A stretch of 64,000 nucleotides of DNA from Euglena gracilis (taxonomy: Eukaryota), in contig CP154954.1 of NCBI GenBank assembly GCA_039621445.1, forward strand, positions 6,273,425 to 6,337,424, given 5' to 3'. Positions within the stretch are counted from its first letter, which is position 1. Every line of letters begins with the position of its first letter. Below are positions 46,919 to 62,365 of this stretch, in pieces. Both the position numbers and the translations under genes were made by a program. The notes beneath the pieces were generated by a model. The model ran no database searches, was not told where the DNA came from, and saw only the letters and a list, made by a program, of their open reading frames with translations.

Positions 46919-49900
46919 TTGGCATCTGTAGGAATACCACCCAGCATAGTACTGTGTATGGGGCTCAGAGCTATATCTGGCCGTAGGCTTATACCTACAT
47001 ACACAGTACCATGGCCTTACGGCTGCCTGGTACACAATTGCGCCAAGGGATCCTTCCGGCTTGTTCCGTACGCATCACGCCTCTTCCTACTGCGCAAGGG
47101 GTACCTCTGGGACGTTCGCCTACCGCCACCAGAACAGTGCCAGCATTGTGGCCAAAATCACTGGCCTTGGGACAGCCACACCCTCATCCGCCTGATCGGC
47201 CCGCTCCCACGTGCCCAATCAGGCTCACCTGCATTTAGGATTACAAGTGGGACAAGTGCAAAAACCCCCTGCCAGGGAAGAGGAGATCTGCTCTCGTGCG
47301 GAGACGTCCCCACGCACCCTGAACCGCCGCAAAACCTAACAACAGACCACACACACCCCGGACGTCGGGCTGGAAAGGCCCGTCCGTCGTAGTCCGCCCA
47401 AGGGCGCCGCCGCACAAGTGGGGCAAACCGCGGACGGGGTAGCCTCCCCACCTGTGGGGACGTGGAGGAGAACCCCGGACCAGCCAGGCGTCCGGCACAC
47501 GCGTCACCCCGCGGTGCACCGGCTGCGGCAGGTGCCCGGTACCACGACCACCTGTTGTTGGGTCTCGCTCACCCGGAACGCGACGCCGCGGTGGTCATCG
47601 ACCGCGCGGGGCAGGAGTCCAATCTCAGAGGACGGACCGCGCACATCCTTGTCGTGGGCACCCCCCAATGCGACATCACCCATGTCCTACATCAAAAAAT
47701 CCCGACCCTCATACACCTACCCTCGGCCTGCGAACAACCTGTCTTTGACACCATGGCAGACACCATCAACACCTACGCCCACGCACAGGTTGAGGGTAGC
47801 CTGGACCAAATTGATCTCTGATGAGGGCATGCTGGAGGATGACATTGAAGGTGGCGGTCTTGTTGGTGAGCCAAAGGTTGTGAGATGTTCAGCTGTGTAG
47901 TGGTTCAACGGTGGTGGCTCATGAATGGACCAGGGTCTCAGTACAGGGCCAGGGTTGGTCTTGGGTTGTAGGCCTTCCACATCAATGGCATCAACCTTGG
48001 TAGGCTTTGGTTGAGCTGGGGGTCTTGGCCTGGCAGCCTGGGATGCATTGGTATGTGACCCCTGATCTCTGACCCTGCATCTGGGTCCACCCACTTGGGA
48101 CCCAATGGAACTGATAGCTGGGCAGGTCATGGTCCCACAACTGGAGAAGGTTTTGGGCAGGGAGTCCCCAGCTGGAGTGAGGGGTGTCGATGCTGCCAGA
48201 GCCTGAGTGGGAGATGTCGATGTAACCACAGCCAAGGTGGGAGATGTCGATAGAGCCACAGCACCAGAAGGTGATGGTTCAGGTTGTGGTGTAGATGGGG
48301 TCGGGGAAACTGAGGAGTTGAAGGCTGGGTGCAAACTCAACATGGTGGATGGGGATGGTACTGGTCCCAATGCCAGAAAGAAGGAGCCAAACATCAGTGT
48401 GACTCTGAGGCATGAATGGATGGTTGCTGACTTAAGGGGGCCAATGAGAAAATTAGGCCAATAATTGCTGCAATGTTGACTGCAAAAAGGCTTTGGCAGG
48501 TCCAAAAGGCTGACAGGCTTTTTCTGGGGGGGCTTTTGCAGGCCCAATACATGAGGAGGGAGAGCCGATTCCAGTGGGGGGTTTTGCAAACCCAATATTC
48601 CAGACTTTGAGACGGCTTCCAGAGGGGGCTTTTGCAGGCCCAATATTGAAGGTTGGGGCTTTTTCAAGCCCAAATGTGACGTGGAGAGCTTTTGCAAGCT
48701 CAAATATGCACCCAGGTTGTCAATAGTAGTTGACTGTCCGCGGCGACCACGTCGGCACGGTAGTACGGCGTCGTCTTCGTTCTCGTCGTCATGCAGCAGG
48801 CTGCCCAGTAGTCTGCAGTAGTCTGCGACGTGACGCAGGGTCTTCACAGTCCACCTCCATGTCGAGTCTCCGCTTGGTTCCAGTCTGCGTGGTCAGGGCG
48901 GCGACGATGCTCTTGGACCCCGTCTGGGGCTTTCCGGCCATGTTATGCGGAAGGCGAAAAAAAATCGACACTCAGAAATTGAACTCAGTCCACCGACCAG
49001 TGGCACAGCCTACTGGATTTGAGTGTTCAGGGGTGTCGGAGGCTATGTACAGATGGAGGAACCCCATGGATAGTCCGAGGTGTCAACTGTCGCGGGGCTC
49101 AGCGGGAGGAAAATGGGCAAGGCCCATCTTCAATATAAAGCGCAGGGGGAGGGCAGGGCGGTGCTACAAACCGTGTGGTATGGTCGTCGGCGGGTGTGCA
49201 AGAGGTGGGTTGCGGGGCGTGGGTGGGGGGGCGGTTGGTCGTTGTCTCTCTGTGTGTGTGTGTTGTTGTGTGTGTGCTGTGTTGCCCTTCTTCTTCTTCT
49301 TCTTCTTCTTCTTTTTCTTTCTTAACGGAGTAAGTGCTTGGGTTGTAGGAGGTGGAATACCTCTCGTAGCAGGGCGATGGCCACGTTTTGGTAGATTTCC
49401 GCCTCCTTGATTTCGCGCTCAGCGCCCTGCTGCCAAAACGAGGCACGTTTGGCCACTTTGCTCAGTGTCCTGGCCGTTTCCGGTCCCATGCCGCCCCATG
49501 TCCCGAGGGCGAAAGGCGTGAAGCCCCACCATGCTTGCTGACATGGGATGTTGTATTTCTGCTTTTTGGCGTCCTCCCTCCTCTTTAGGAAGGATCTCCA
49601 GCGTTCGCGGGTTGCGGTGAGTTCTGTAGCCTGCCATCCATGGCAGACGGTGACGTCCAGCGCTGTCGGCTTCCCCTCAGACCAGCAGTCCAGAAGGGGG
49701 TCCGCCGGGCGGAGATGGCTGTCTCTGGCTGTCGGCAATGAAACTTCCTTCTGCACCCGCTGACCGCTGTTGGACAAGGTTTGAAATAGGGCGTCCTGTA
49801 AAGCGTTGTGGCGTGTTGCGAAGTTGTTCCTGCGGCAGAAGAGGAGGTGGTCGCCCTCCTTGTCCATGGGTTGGCCGAATCCTGTGCACGGCTGGCTGAC

Positions 49901-51077
49901 GTCATTCAACACCAGGAGGCCCAACCACCATTTCAGTCCCAGGGTGTATTCTTCGCTGGAGAAGGTGGTGTGGGAGTTGTTCGAGGGGGTAGCTGCCATC
50001 CAACCGTGTCCAAACCCCGTGTGTTCAATTTCCTAAGGTTTGCATACAGTGGACCTGTTCCCCTATTTAGTGGCGGCCGCTCCATCCTTTCACAGAGGGG
50101 GACACAACAAGGCTGCCCTCTGGGCCCCATCGGGTTCGCCCTGGCGCTGCAGCCCCTGCTGGAGCGGATTACCAGGGATGGCCAGCTGCTGTGGAACAGC
50201 TGGTACCTGGACGACGGCCTCCTGGTCGGGACCCCGGACAGGATTGAACACTGCCTACGATTCCTGCTGCAAGAGTCCCACCGCGTAGGTCTCGGCCTTA
50301 ACCTGCAAGCGTCATGTGGGGCCCGGAAGCAAGGAGTACACCCAGCTGTGACAGAATGCAAGTTGTCCCTTGGACACTAGGGGAGGGTATCACCGTCCTT
50401 GGTATCCCAGTTGACCTCCCTGCATTCTCGGACACTACCAAGACGGCGTGGGAAGACGCCGCCGCCAAAATCGAGAAGGCCGCATCTACCATAACTTCCC
50501 TGACCGACGCCCAGGTAGCTGCCCGGTCTACGCAAACAGTCTTGGAGGTGGCGGGGCCGCAGACCCGACGGACCTGGTGCGGATCCCCGCAGGAAGCGGC
50601 GGATGGCCTCCTTCAGTCTGTCCTCCCATTCCGGGGTGTGGTTCTCTGGAAATGGCCTAACGTGTCGCGGGAGGCGGTTGGTGTCGACGTTTATGCCGGC
50701 AGGATGCAACTTCTCCAGGGCAGCCCAGACCTCCGGGTCCTCTGGTTGGTGCGCACCCTCGGAGAGCAGTATCTGGACCGCCTTCGCGGACGCCCCTTTA
50801 GCAGTGAGGGTGCGTACCCGTCTCGTTACTGCCTCACTGAGGGCGGTCGGCTGTGTTCTGGAGCGCTTTTCCGCCCTGGTTTCCACGATGGAGTGTCGTG
50901 TCTGCGTGACCTTCAGTGCCTCCGACAGAAGGGTGGTGTAATCCCCCTCGCGGAAAAGTTTGGCGCGCCTCAGCAGGATGGACTGCAGCTCTGCTGCCGA
51001 GGGCGGTGAAGTGGTTGACGCAGGTCGAAGGACGAGCTTTGGGAAAGGGTGTGCCCCGAACAATGCCGCGTCCGAAC
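46919..51077. mobile_element. CRE-B remnant (copy 2)
   Basis: Same pieces and junctions as 5295-9452. The 2A-like motifs at 47273-47326 and 47429-47482 share a frame here, with one TAG between them. Confidence 0.85.
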
Positions 51078-52629
51078 GTAATCATCCTCAACCTCAACCC
51101 CAGCTCCCTCAACCCCCACACCAACCCCATCATCCAGTTCAACCACGCTACCAGCCAAGACCCATCAACCCAGGGGACTGGTCCCAGAAGGACCTGGGGA
51201 TGGACATCCCGCAGCTGCTGCAATGAGGAAGCAGACCCAACCAGGGAAATGCTCATGGTGGCCAAGGGGCCAATGACAGGAGAGCCAGTTCAGGAGGGCC
51301 CTCTTTGTCAAGTCCACTGCTGGCATGGTCTCTGGTCACATGACACCACATTTGTTCCCCTCTACCATATTTGCTGATTCACATGTCCCCTACCCCCCAG
51401 CATAATGTCTGGCTACTGCCTTTCATTTCTTTGGGATTGTTTTCAGAACACTGGGGTTGGATGATGACTTTCATACTCGTTGGCTACAACAAACTTTTAT
51501 GAGGCATTCCCCCCATCCTGCTTGGCTTTTGCTCCAACAAACACTTCTGAGGCACACACCTTCAAACCACTCAACCCAATCAATCAGTGGCCTTCTGGGG
51601 ACTGACACCAGAGCCTCCCCATCTGAGACCCACACATTTTGGCCCTGACCCTCAGCCATCAACAGCCCACCCAGTACTGCATCCTGGCCCAGTACATCCT
51701 GGCCCAGCAGTTTATCTATCATTGTGGGCCTTGTGGGCCTTTGGAGCAGTTCCTCAACTGCCCATAGATCCAGGACTTCCTCCACCGGTGTGCCTTTATG
51801 GCCCTGCTCAACCTGTTCAGCTGATCAGACAACCCAGAGCCCCCCCCCCCCCCGGCATCAATATTCGAAGAAATATCTCCCTGCAACGAACATTTCAGCC
51901 CCAGCCTTTTGTTTCATCCGTGCCCAAAATTGTCATCAGCTTAGCACCCCCAGACATCGGGAAATTCCAGCCAGTTTTTTCATCCCTGGCCAACATTGTG
52001 ATCAGTTTGGCAACCCCAGAGCTTTGAGAAAACCAGCCTGTTGTTCCATCCCTGACCAACTTCGTGATCATTTTTTCAACCCCAGGGCTCTGAAAAAACG
52101 AGCCTGCTGCTCCATCCCTGGCAAACATTATGATCAGTTTGGCAACCCCAGAGCTTTGGAAACACCAGCCTGTTGTTCCGTTCATGCCTGACATTGTGAC
52201 CAATTTTCCAACCCCAGAGCTCTGGAAGCATGGAATCACTTAAATGCACTTTTTGACCGTTTGTGGCCCCCCTCAGCAGGTTTCTCCATGAAGCAACTTC
52301 AGTCCCATGCCGGTTGGACAAAAGGCCCCCCCCCTCTGGGTGCAAGTGACCCCTGCACATTGCACATGCAGCTTATCTATCACCCTGGCAAGTGGAGGCA
52401 CACACCTAACAACTCCTACAACTCGATTTGTTTCACATGACAGCCCTTTGCCTGCATCCTTTCTGCGAAGCCATCCCCTTTCACACGGGCCAACATTCAT
52501 TCACGAACCCGCCCCCCCCCCATGGTACGTTCCAAACTCCAAAAACCAAAGTGATTACTCAAAACCTCCTGAGTTGCCCAGTTTGCTCTTCCAATGAACC
52601 CAAACAGGAACCCTCCCCCCCCCAGTGGT

Positions 52630-55600
52630 ATGTTCCAAACTCCAAAAACCAAAGTGATCACTCAAAACCCCCTGAGTTGCCCAGTTTGCACTTGCAATTA
52701 TCCGAAACAGGAAACCGTCCAGCAAGTTTTGCACCCATGTTTAGCAATTACCGCGCCTCTTACTCCAAAGGATTTGAAATTCACCAAAAGCTGCCTTTCT
52801 CACACCAACGAAAACTCCAGGTCTTTACCCCAGCCGATCTCACACCAGCACCCACCATCTCGTAACCTCCGAATCGCAAAGAACAACAAAATACCCCAAA
52901 CCTGCCGATCTGAGACCCACGTTAACTCAAGGCTAAAACCCCAGCCGATCTCGCACCAACACCCTCCATTCCACCAATTTCTCAAAATGACCAAAAGCCG
53001 CCGACCACAGACCCCCGGCAACTCAGTGCTACAATCTCTGCCTGTGTCGCATTATTCCCCAGCTTCTCCGCCAAACTCAGCAACCTCAACGTGCCGCCCA
53101 ACACCAAACTGCCAGCGGGCACCGAGGATGAGCAGGCTCCAGTCCCCAGCTTCTCCGCCCAAAAGAGCAACGCCAACGCGCTGCCCAATACAAAACTGCC
53201 GGCTGGTGCCCACGATGCCCACGATGAGCAAACACCAGGCCCCCAAAAATCTGTAGGCAGGGCACTTCCCGGTGTTGCACTTCTCCAAAGTCGCTCTGGA
53301 AAACCTGTTACTACAAGCAGGAGATGTGGAGCAAAACCCAGGGCCTGCAAATGGGCCGTCTTCCCAAATGCCCACCGAGACAGTCTGGGACACCACAGAG
53401 CGGTTGGGGCAAATAGGGCAAATCTGGTGTTTCTGCTTACATACCACACGAGCTTCCGGTCCGGCAAGCAACCACAAAAACTGTCCCAGCATAGTGCTCG
53501 ATGTGTGTTGTGTGGCTCCAGCATTCGCCACCAAGGTTTCGAATCTCTGCGCTTGCACCGCTGCCAACAGCATGCCGCTCGTGCCTCCACTCAATCCCCT
53601 TTTCACGTCCTAGACACTTCACGCTGGTCCTCGGAAGAGCTGGGCCAATGGAAAATGGAACCTGGTGGAAGGCAGACTGCGACGTGTGCCGGCGGCACTG
53701 GGTAACTTGTAACCTTGCAATACTACTCAGGCATGAATCACTGTGCCAACCACGCCAGTGGGACCCCGACTACGACGCCGATCCAAGCCCCCTACCCTCC
53801 CCACCATCATCACAGACTCCCCCACCCGACAACCACAACTATAGCACTGGAACACAACAACAGCAACAGCATCAGCAAATGCAAACACAGCCACAGGCAC
53901 ACCCTCATCAACATTCACAATACCACAGCTGTTCTAGCCAGCCCCAAAGGCTCTGCCACCACACTCCCCAAATACCGTCAGGCAGAGGCGCAGCCATTTT
54001 GACTCACGGGGACGTGCAAAAGAAACCAGTACCGGAAGAACACAGAACAACAAACACCTCGCCCAAACACACCCTCCTCGGACCACAGTCTCGACCAAGG
54101 CCATATCCCTATCGCAACCTCACCCCACCAGCGAGGCTCTCGGACTACATGCTCGACCCCCCATGGGTCAACTGGGTTCTGCAATCACTGCAGGTGCCCC
54201 CAGAACATCACCACACAGTGGATGCATTCGCGAGCTGCCACAACACGCAACTTCGTGAGTAATGGGACGAAAACATAGATTGCTTCACCAAGGACTGGTG
54301 CACAGACAAGGCCTTGTGGATGAACCCACCATTCAATCCAAATCCCAGCCGTTACTCAGCGTCTGCTCACCGCCGGGGGACACGCAGTGTTGCTGGCGCC
54401 AGCTTGGTCCCAATCCCTGCGTTCTCTACAACAACTTTGTACGCGCACGGCAATCCTCCCACCAGTTCCCCTATTTCGCGTGAGGGGGACAGTACTGATG
54501 CCTGCACCACCCTGGAGAACACATGCTTTCTCTGTCTCCCGCCCAAATCCCTCTCCCAGAGACCCCCTAGCACCCCTACGACTCTCGCACTCTCCACCTG
54601 CTTCCTCTGCCATCAGCTCAGATACCCCTCCGCCAGACCCGGGCACTCCTCCACGACCCTCTCACCCACCGCCAGTACTTCACTACAGAAATGACTTTCC
54701 ATTATGCCGATCAACCGATTTGCCCCCTTTGACATCCTGGGCCTTCGCACAAAATAACGCAAAATGGATCTCCTTCGTACACTTCGCGGGCCGCGTTTTC
54801 GTCCTCGAAAGATGATTCCTTTGGGACATCAGATTCGGCCCCCCCTGGCCGTGCAGTTCATGTGGAGGGAAGCACTGGTTCTGGGATTGCCACCCTCAGC
54901 AGCGTGCCACAGCATTCTTGCATCCTCTGCGCCACACAGCACGTCCATCCCCACCATTCGTGTCCTGCCAGTGCAAGGTGCCTGCGACCATTCAGTCCTA
55001 CCCAACAGAACCTGCACAGACTGACAGGGCCGCGGCTCACTCATGACCTGTGAAGACATCGAAGAAAAACCAGGACCACTCCGATCCCCACCTTCCTTGC
55101 GTGGCCCCCTCCATCACTGCGGACCCCCGTGCACACCCCTACGGCCACTACACCTCAGCCCACAACTGAACGAACTTCGAGCCTGCCAAAACGAGAAATA
55201 GACCCTACTTCGGAAAAGTCCCCGCGGACAGCGCCCGAAGGGCACTGGGAGAGGTTCACTCCTCACCTGCGGAGACGTGGAAGAAATCCCAGGACCCGCA
55301 GCACCCACGACGGCGCAAAACAAGTCATGCAAACGCAAGGAACGATCCAGCTCCGCCTCCACTCGATGACCAGCAGACAACGCAGACACCACTGACCGCC
55401 TGAACGACCTAGCCCACCCATGGGAAGGCAGAGACGCAGCAACCGTAGCAGACTCGGCGGGCAAAGAAAGCAACCTGAGAAACAACGCCAGATGCGGGAT
55501 AACCATCAGTGCGAGACCTTGCCCAATTGAGGACATCCTACAGCTCCGCGTGAACACCATAATGCATGTCCCCGCAACTCTCCAAACCACGATATGAGAC

Positions 55601-58600
55601 ATCCTTGGAGCCGCCCTCGACGCATACACAAGCAACCCAACCGACGACGGGCTCTTTGCAATCCTGGCTTTCCCCAGATTGGTGCTCCGCACAGTAAATG
55701 CGAAAGGTACACACGCCCCCGATGAACTCGCCTCGGCAATTGGAAGACGAAACGGCCTGTTCCGATCCGGCGAGTACGGCACGTTACTGACAGAGCTCCA
55801 CTCAGCACAGAAATCCGCAATTTCAAACGCCACAGCGCTAATTAAAACCAGAGCGGAAAAACGGGCAAGAACAGAACCCTCCAGCCTACCAGACCGAACC
55901 CTGCAGAGAGTCAAAACGCTCACAGGGGAAGGAGGCCCAGCCAAAGCACTCCAACTATTACTCTCCGAAGGTTCCCACAAACCACAGGACCCACAGGTGT
56001 GGAACAAACTGGAAGCCCTTCACCCAAACGGTAAGCCGGTGGACCTGAACAACCTCCCCGCCAAGATCACACCGTTCCAGGATGGACAATCAATCTCGTG
56101 GGAACCAATCCTGCATGAGGCAATCCTGAAATTCCCTCGGACTTCATCCCCAGGACCTTCTGGGCTCCGCCCTGTTCACCTGCAAGACGCAATCAAGCGC
56201 CCAGGCAGAGGAGCACAGCTAATTACAGCACTCGCCAAAATGACCAACACCTGGGTGAATGGGGACCTCCCTGCTGCACACTCCCCGTTCTGGTGCGGCG
56301 CCAACCTGACTCCGCTCAGAAAAAAGGATGACGGTGTCAGACCGGTGGCAGTGGGTGAGACCATACGGAGGTTGATTGGCAAAGCCCTCTTGGTAACAGG
56401 CACGGCAAAAGACCAGGTCAGCAAGCTCCAAACCACACAAGTCGGCGTTGGGGTCACAAATGCAGCAGAATCAGTGGCAGTAGGCTTTCAGCACCTGGTG
56501 CACAAACTGGACCCAGCCGGCAATTGGGCAAGTTTGCAACTGAACTTCTCCAACGCCTTCAATTGCATAGACAGGTCACACCTGCTGCTCGAGGCAACAA
56601 CCAGAACGCCCTGCCTCTTCAACTACCTCAATTTCGCGTACAAGAACCCTGCCGCCCTATTCTGCGCTGGCAAAATCCTCTGGTCCCGCTGCGGAACTCA
56701 CCAGGGCTGCCCACTTGACCCAGTCGGCTTCTGCGTTGGTCTGCAACCTCTGGCAGAGACCATCAGAAACAAAGCGGAGCTACTCTGGAGTTCGTGGTAT
56801 CTGAATGATGGTATCATGGTAGGCCAACCCGACAAACTGCAGAAAGTCATCTCCTTCCTCCAGGGCGAAGCCACACGCCGCGGACTCCAACTGAACCTCC
56901 GAAAGTGTGTGGTATGGGGGCCAGCTGGCAACCTAATCACCTCCGCACCAGATATGACCGTCATACCATGGCAAGAACATTCAGGGATCACGTATTGGGA
57001 GTTCCAGTGGATTTATTCGGGGGGGGGGGGAGCGGGCACTCAACTGTAAGAGGCCGCCAGTCGTGTGGGGATCAGGGCCGCAGGGTTGGTACCACTACCC
57101 CCCCCCCCTTATTTGAGCACACCTCCGGAGGCCCAAACGGTAGACTGGGGGGGGGGGGTAGTGGGTAGTCGGCCGACTAGTCGGCCGACCAATTGGGTAG
57201 TCGGCCGACTAATTGGTCGGCCGACTAGTCGGCGGACCAATTCCCACAAGCCACCAAAAGACAGCTGAAGCGTGGGTTGCGGCCACACGGAAAATTGAAC
57301 ACGCAGCAGACATTGTAACCCAAATGACAGATGCCAAAATTTCTCATCACCTGCTACGCTCCTGTCTTGACGGTTGCAAAGTGAACCACCTGCTCCGCGC
57401 CTCCAACAGCTACCTCTGTAAAGAAGCAGTCACCCGATCTTCGGAAACCATTCTTCAAGCTTTTGAGAACGTCGTTGGAGTGCCTCTGAACACCACACAG
57501 AGACTGCAAGAAGCACTGCCACTCACCCTCACACAACCAAGCAGCGGAACGTACAGCAGCCCTTTGTGCCTTTTACACAGAAGGATATCAGAGAATCGGT
57601 TTGCCTCAGTATGCAACAGACCCAGTGGCAGATCTCATTGAACCACCCCTCAAAAACTTGTGTGCTGCCCTGCCCAACCACTCGACAGCCCCGAGACTGC
57701 TGGGGAATCTGGCCCACACCAAGACCTCCGGAAAAAATGAACAATCCCAAAAATGGTGGTCCACAGAAATAGGAAAAACCACAATGGACAACCTCATCAA
57801 CCAATGCAAACCACGAGACCAGGCCTGCCTTTTGGAACAATCCTCAGGAATTGGACATGGTTGTATGGTCTCTCCACCGTCCCCCGCCCTGCACACTGTC
57901 TTCTCAAGTGACGAGTACTGTCTTGGCCTCAAATGGTGGCTCGGAATGCCCATCATAGACGACGACACGCAGAAATGCCAAGGCTGCCCCACTGGACAGG
58001 GAAGGGGACCACCTCATCTGTTGCCCACGAAACAACTTCACTGTCAGACACACGGCTGTTCAGGATGCAATTTTCACCCTCCTATCCTCCACAGGCCAAG
58101 GTGTCCAGAAGGAAGTCACAATCCCCAATGCCCCCGATGCCAATCTGCGCCCCGCTGATCTCTTACTGGCATGCTTCCAGGATTGCAAGCCCACAGCCCT
58201 CGGCGTCACGATCTGTCATGCATGGCAGATCCCAGAACAAAGTACCTCACGGGAACGATGGAGGTCTTTTCTTCGACGCAAAGAATCTGCCAAGCACACT
58301 AAATATTACGTCACCTGCCAAAATGCAGGTTGGTCTTTCACCACCTTGGCAATGGGCACATGGGGAGGCCTCGGCCCAGAGGGCGCCCGCTTGCTCGGTC
58401 GCATCTTCAAACGAGCCACGGCGACGCAAGAAGGAGAAATAGGGGAACTCAAGCAGGCCGAATGCTATCAGGCCGTCGCTGTCGCACTCACCCGCCAAAT
58501 CTGGCAACTCCTCCGAGTGAAACACACCGTCCGCTAAACATGCACACCGCTAGCCACAAAATGCTCCACCAGCAGCGTCACACAGAGCACAAACAGCCAA

Positions 58601-58834
58601 ATGCGTACTACTTCGGGAAGCCGAGAGACAAACAGGGAACCTCCTCGCCATCAAAAGACACAAACACGCCCCGCCAGGCGAACACCCGACACACCCCTCG
58701 CGCCACGTAACATATAGGAAGTGGGTCTTGCCCACGGGCCGAACAGCAGGGGCACCATACACAAACACACCCCGCCATTCAAACACCCCCCCTCCCCCGC
58801 CAAGGTATATATATGGATCGTTGGTCTTGCCCAC
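52630..58834 (+). mobile_element. CRE-A (copy 2)
   Basis: 2A motifs at 53305-53346, 53981-54034, 55025-55078 and 55244-55297; Dam-like domain about 54143-54534; RT from 55679; RLE ends at 58537. Confidence 0.85.
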
Positions 58835-61800
58835 GGTCTCCTAACCAGCTGACCGCCAACAATGCCTATACTTGCAGTGTACACTACCATCAGTATAACC
58901 TACCCGCGATATAACCTACCCGCGGCACAGGAAGTCACAAGAGGGTTCCTCTTGTGGCGCGGGCCAAAAGAAACGATACCCTGGGCCCAGGGCACGGTTC
59001 GGGTGAAGCTGTGCTACCCACCGTGAATTCTCAACCGTCCTTTGTAGCTTTTCTGCTTGTTTTTTTTCGACATGTCACATGGCTGACATGTCCCCTGGTG
59101 GGGTTCTAGTTACAAGCTGGGATTATAAAGTACAAGTTTTCAAGTTTCAACTTTCTGTACAACATTGTAAGTCCAAGGACAATACTTGTTTGCAAGAGCA
59201 TAGGTACGCTGGTGGACAGTGCTTCTAGCCTCAGTGCTGGGGCTTCTTTGGCCGTATGCTGCTGGTTACTGCAGAATTGACTTTAAGTCGGTCTGTTTTA
59301 CTTTTTGTGAACTGTTTTGTTTCTTGCCTTTTCTTTTTGTTTCTGTTTACAAAATAGCCCCAGAACAAAGGAAACCGAGGAACTTCGGTCTGTTTTTGCA
59401 AAGCTCCCATTCAGATTGTGCCAGTGTGCTAAATGTGAAAGGGATTTTGAAGATTTTGAAGATTTTTGGGCCACAGGTGGTGGCCAGTTTTGGGCCACAT
59501 GTGTTGGCCAGTTTTGGGCCAGATGTGGTGGCCAGTTTTGGGCCAGATGGTGCCAGATTTTGACCAGAAACCTTTTTGTCCTGAGATGCTCGTTTTCTTC
59601 TGAAACTTGTTTTTTTTGTTTCTTGAATTCTTTTTTTCCTGTGCAACAATTTCTCTTGCTCAAAAAACCTAAACATTTGGGGGGGTTCGGTTTTTGAGTA
59701 TGGCAAATGGGTAAGTTTTGGAGGGTTTGTAGTGGGCAAATGGGTAAGTATTGGAGGGTTTGTAGTGGGCAGTTTTGGAAAGATGGGTGGCCATGTTTTT
59801 TGCCACATTTGCTGGCGATATTTTCCCAACGAGGCGAACGAGTGGCCACAGGTTTTTTTGGGCGGGGGTGCCTCCGGCCGGTACGTCTTTTGTCCTCCCG
59901 TGCGGGTTAAAGCCAACAGGCGGGCCGTATTTCGGTCCGAACGTTCACCCGGGTGCACTTCGGGCTTCAACTTAGGCCCCCTCCGGTGCACACATTCATT
60001 CCTGATTCAGCCGTCACTGCGTACGGCGTGCGTGTTGTTTGGTCTTGATAGCCGGCATGTTGGCTGGCTAGGTTGGTCTGCCAGCCGGCTAGGTTGGTCC
60101 GTCCAGCCGGTTAGGTTGGTCCGGCCAAACGCCCCCCTTCAATGACCCGCGTTTTACAACGCAGCCCTTCGGTGAGAGACTGCCCGATAACCGCCAAAGG
60201 CTTGGGAAAAGTTCCTCTCGGTGCGCATGTGCACATGCGGGCACGACAGTCCTCCATCTCCGGCGGCGGTGTAAACAAAACAGCGAGCCCCGTAGCGACG
60301 CATGATGACCCACGTGGCAGAGGATCCACCATCTTCCTCAACCACAATCTGAGGAACTAGTGCCCGGAAGCCACTCCGGCAGCCGATCAATCGCGGCCCC
60401 ACCTCGCACCCTTCATTAGCTCACATCTTTTCCCCTTTTCCCTGCCCTCCCATCGCCTGGCCCTAGCACAGACTATCGCTTCTGTACATAGCCTTACCCC
60501 TGGAACACATCAAATCCAGTAGGCTGTGCCTCTGGTCGGTGGACTCGGTTCGCGCCACCTCCGTTGTTGTAGTGTGTCTTTTTGTCCATGCACAACAAGC
60601 GTTTCGTTTGTTCGCCGGCCACACCCCTGTGTGCCGCCGGTCGCACGCGCGACCGGCGAGTCCCGGTGGGCCGAGGGCCCGGGGGGTACTCGCCGTCGTG
60701 GAAAACCACCAACAGCCAGGGGGTGGGTTTTTCCGGGGTGGGGCCTGCGCTTTCTCCGAGGGTTGGTGGGCTCAAGCCAACCCCCGTTTGTTTCACTCAG
60801 GTATTTTCCCCAACCCCTGCCGGTGCGTAGGATCGTTTTTTTAATGTTTTCTGAAAATTTGGTGAACACCGAAAAATCTGCCATTTGCAATGAAATAGAA
60901 CTTTTCTCTCTGAAATCTCACTTTTCTCTCTTTCTCTCTCTCACACTCTCTTGCACATCTTGAAGAAAAAACCAACCCACTGAATTCTGAAATGAATTCC
61001 AACCCACTGGAGAAGCAATCACACTGTTGGAAATCTGTGAGAGTGACTGAATGTGATAAAAAACAACAACCTGGGGCAAGGAAGAGGGGTATAGGGAATA
61101 GAAGCGGCGGTGAGGGTGGCGGTGTTGTAGGGTCTCCTTCTTGATTTCAATACCAAATTGACTTCAACAACTCCACCAACAATGTAATGACCAACAATGT
61201 AACTGTCAATTTCAATTCAACAATGTGATTGATCAAATCCAATTCAATGTATTTCCTCTTTGCCAAATAATGGGGAAAACCCCTCAAGTTCTGTGAAAAA
61301 TGACAAATTTGAAGGCGCTTAGAAATTTGACCCGCTTCCAATTTAAGTCGCGGGTTTCTCTAACTGATTGGCTGTTACCCACGACTTTGTAATTTACGCT
61401 TTCTGGCAATTTTTGGCTGCCGGCGAAAGCCGGCGGCCGACACCCCCTCCCTTGCAACCTTAGTCGGACACCAAAAATTCGCCCCCCCCCGTTCCTCAAC
61501 AACAGGGGGAAAATCCTCCATTCGGCACTATTTCATCCAAAGCCTATGTCCCACACCCATTCTCCCTTGAATCAACAAATGGGAAACAAACTTCAGGCAC
61601 TATGGCTTTCAAGTGCCTTCAAACCTTTGGGAAAGACTCGGTTCACCAACCAACGAATATTAGGCTGCCCCCCCCGCTTCTCACGGGTGGTATGAGGGTC
61701 TTCACCAAGATCTGCCCCCCCCTTCCAACGGGTCGGGGGTTTTTGGTAAAATTTCGGTTGGCGCCCCCCCCCTTCGGGTCGGGAGGATTTTTTGGTTCAA

Positions 61801-62365
61801 ATTCGTCAAGCCCCCCCCCCCTCCTCGGGCAGGGGGATTTTTGTCAAAAAATCAAGCGCACCCCCCCCTTTTCGGGCCGGGGGGATTTTTGTCAAAAAAA
61901 TCATGCCCCCCCCCCTCTCCTCAGGTCGGGGGGATTTTTGTCAAACCGAACGGGGGCTCATAATGTGACCAAGGACTCCCAACCACAATGTAACCCATCA
62001 TCTCAAAGAATCAATCTCCAAACCCTAATAACACCGGGAGGGAAGAGGAGGGGACGGCAAATATAGAAAGTGCGGTGCGGCAATGAGCGCAGTGTGGCGA
62101 ATATAATAGCAATGCGGCGGCGAATGCACTGAGGTGCCCCTTGCACTCCTGGCCCCCTTGCGGGGCCTTTTTCTACCTTTCTCCATTCTCCTTGGCAAAT
62201 TCTTGCATTTGTACATTCTCTCATTTACACGCTCATGCGTGTGTGCGTGCACTCACACCCACACGGACGTGCAAATCCGGTTTTTGAATTTTAAAAACAG
62301 CACTTTGCCTTCCCATTAGGCTCACCGTAGAGCCTTGGACAGGGCCTTATGGCTCACCTTAGAGC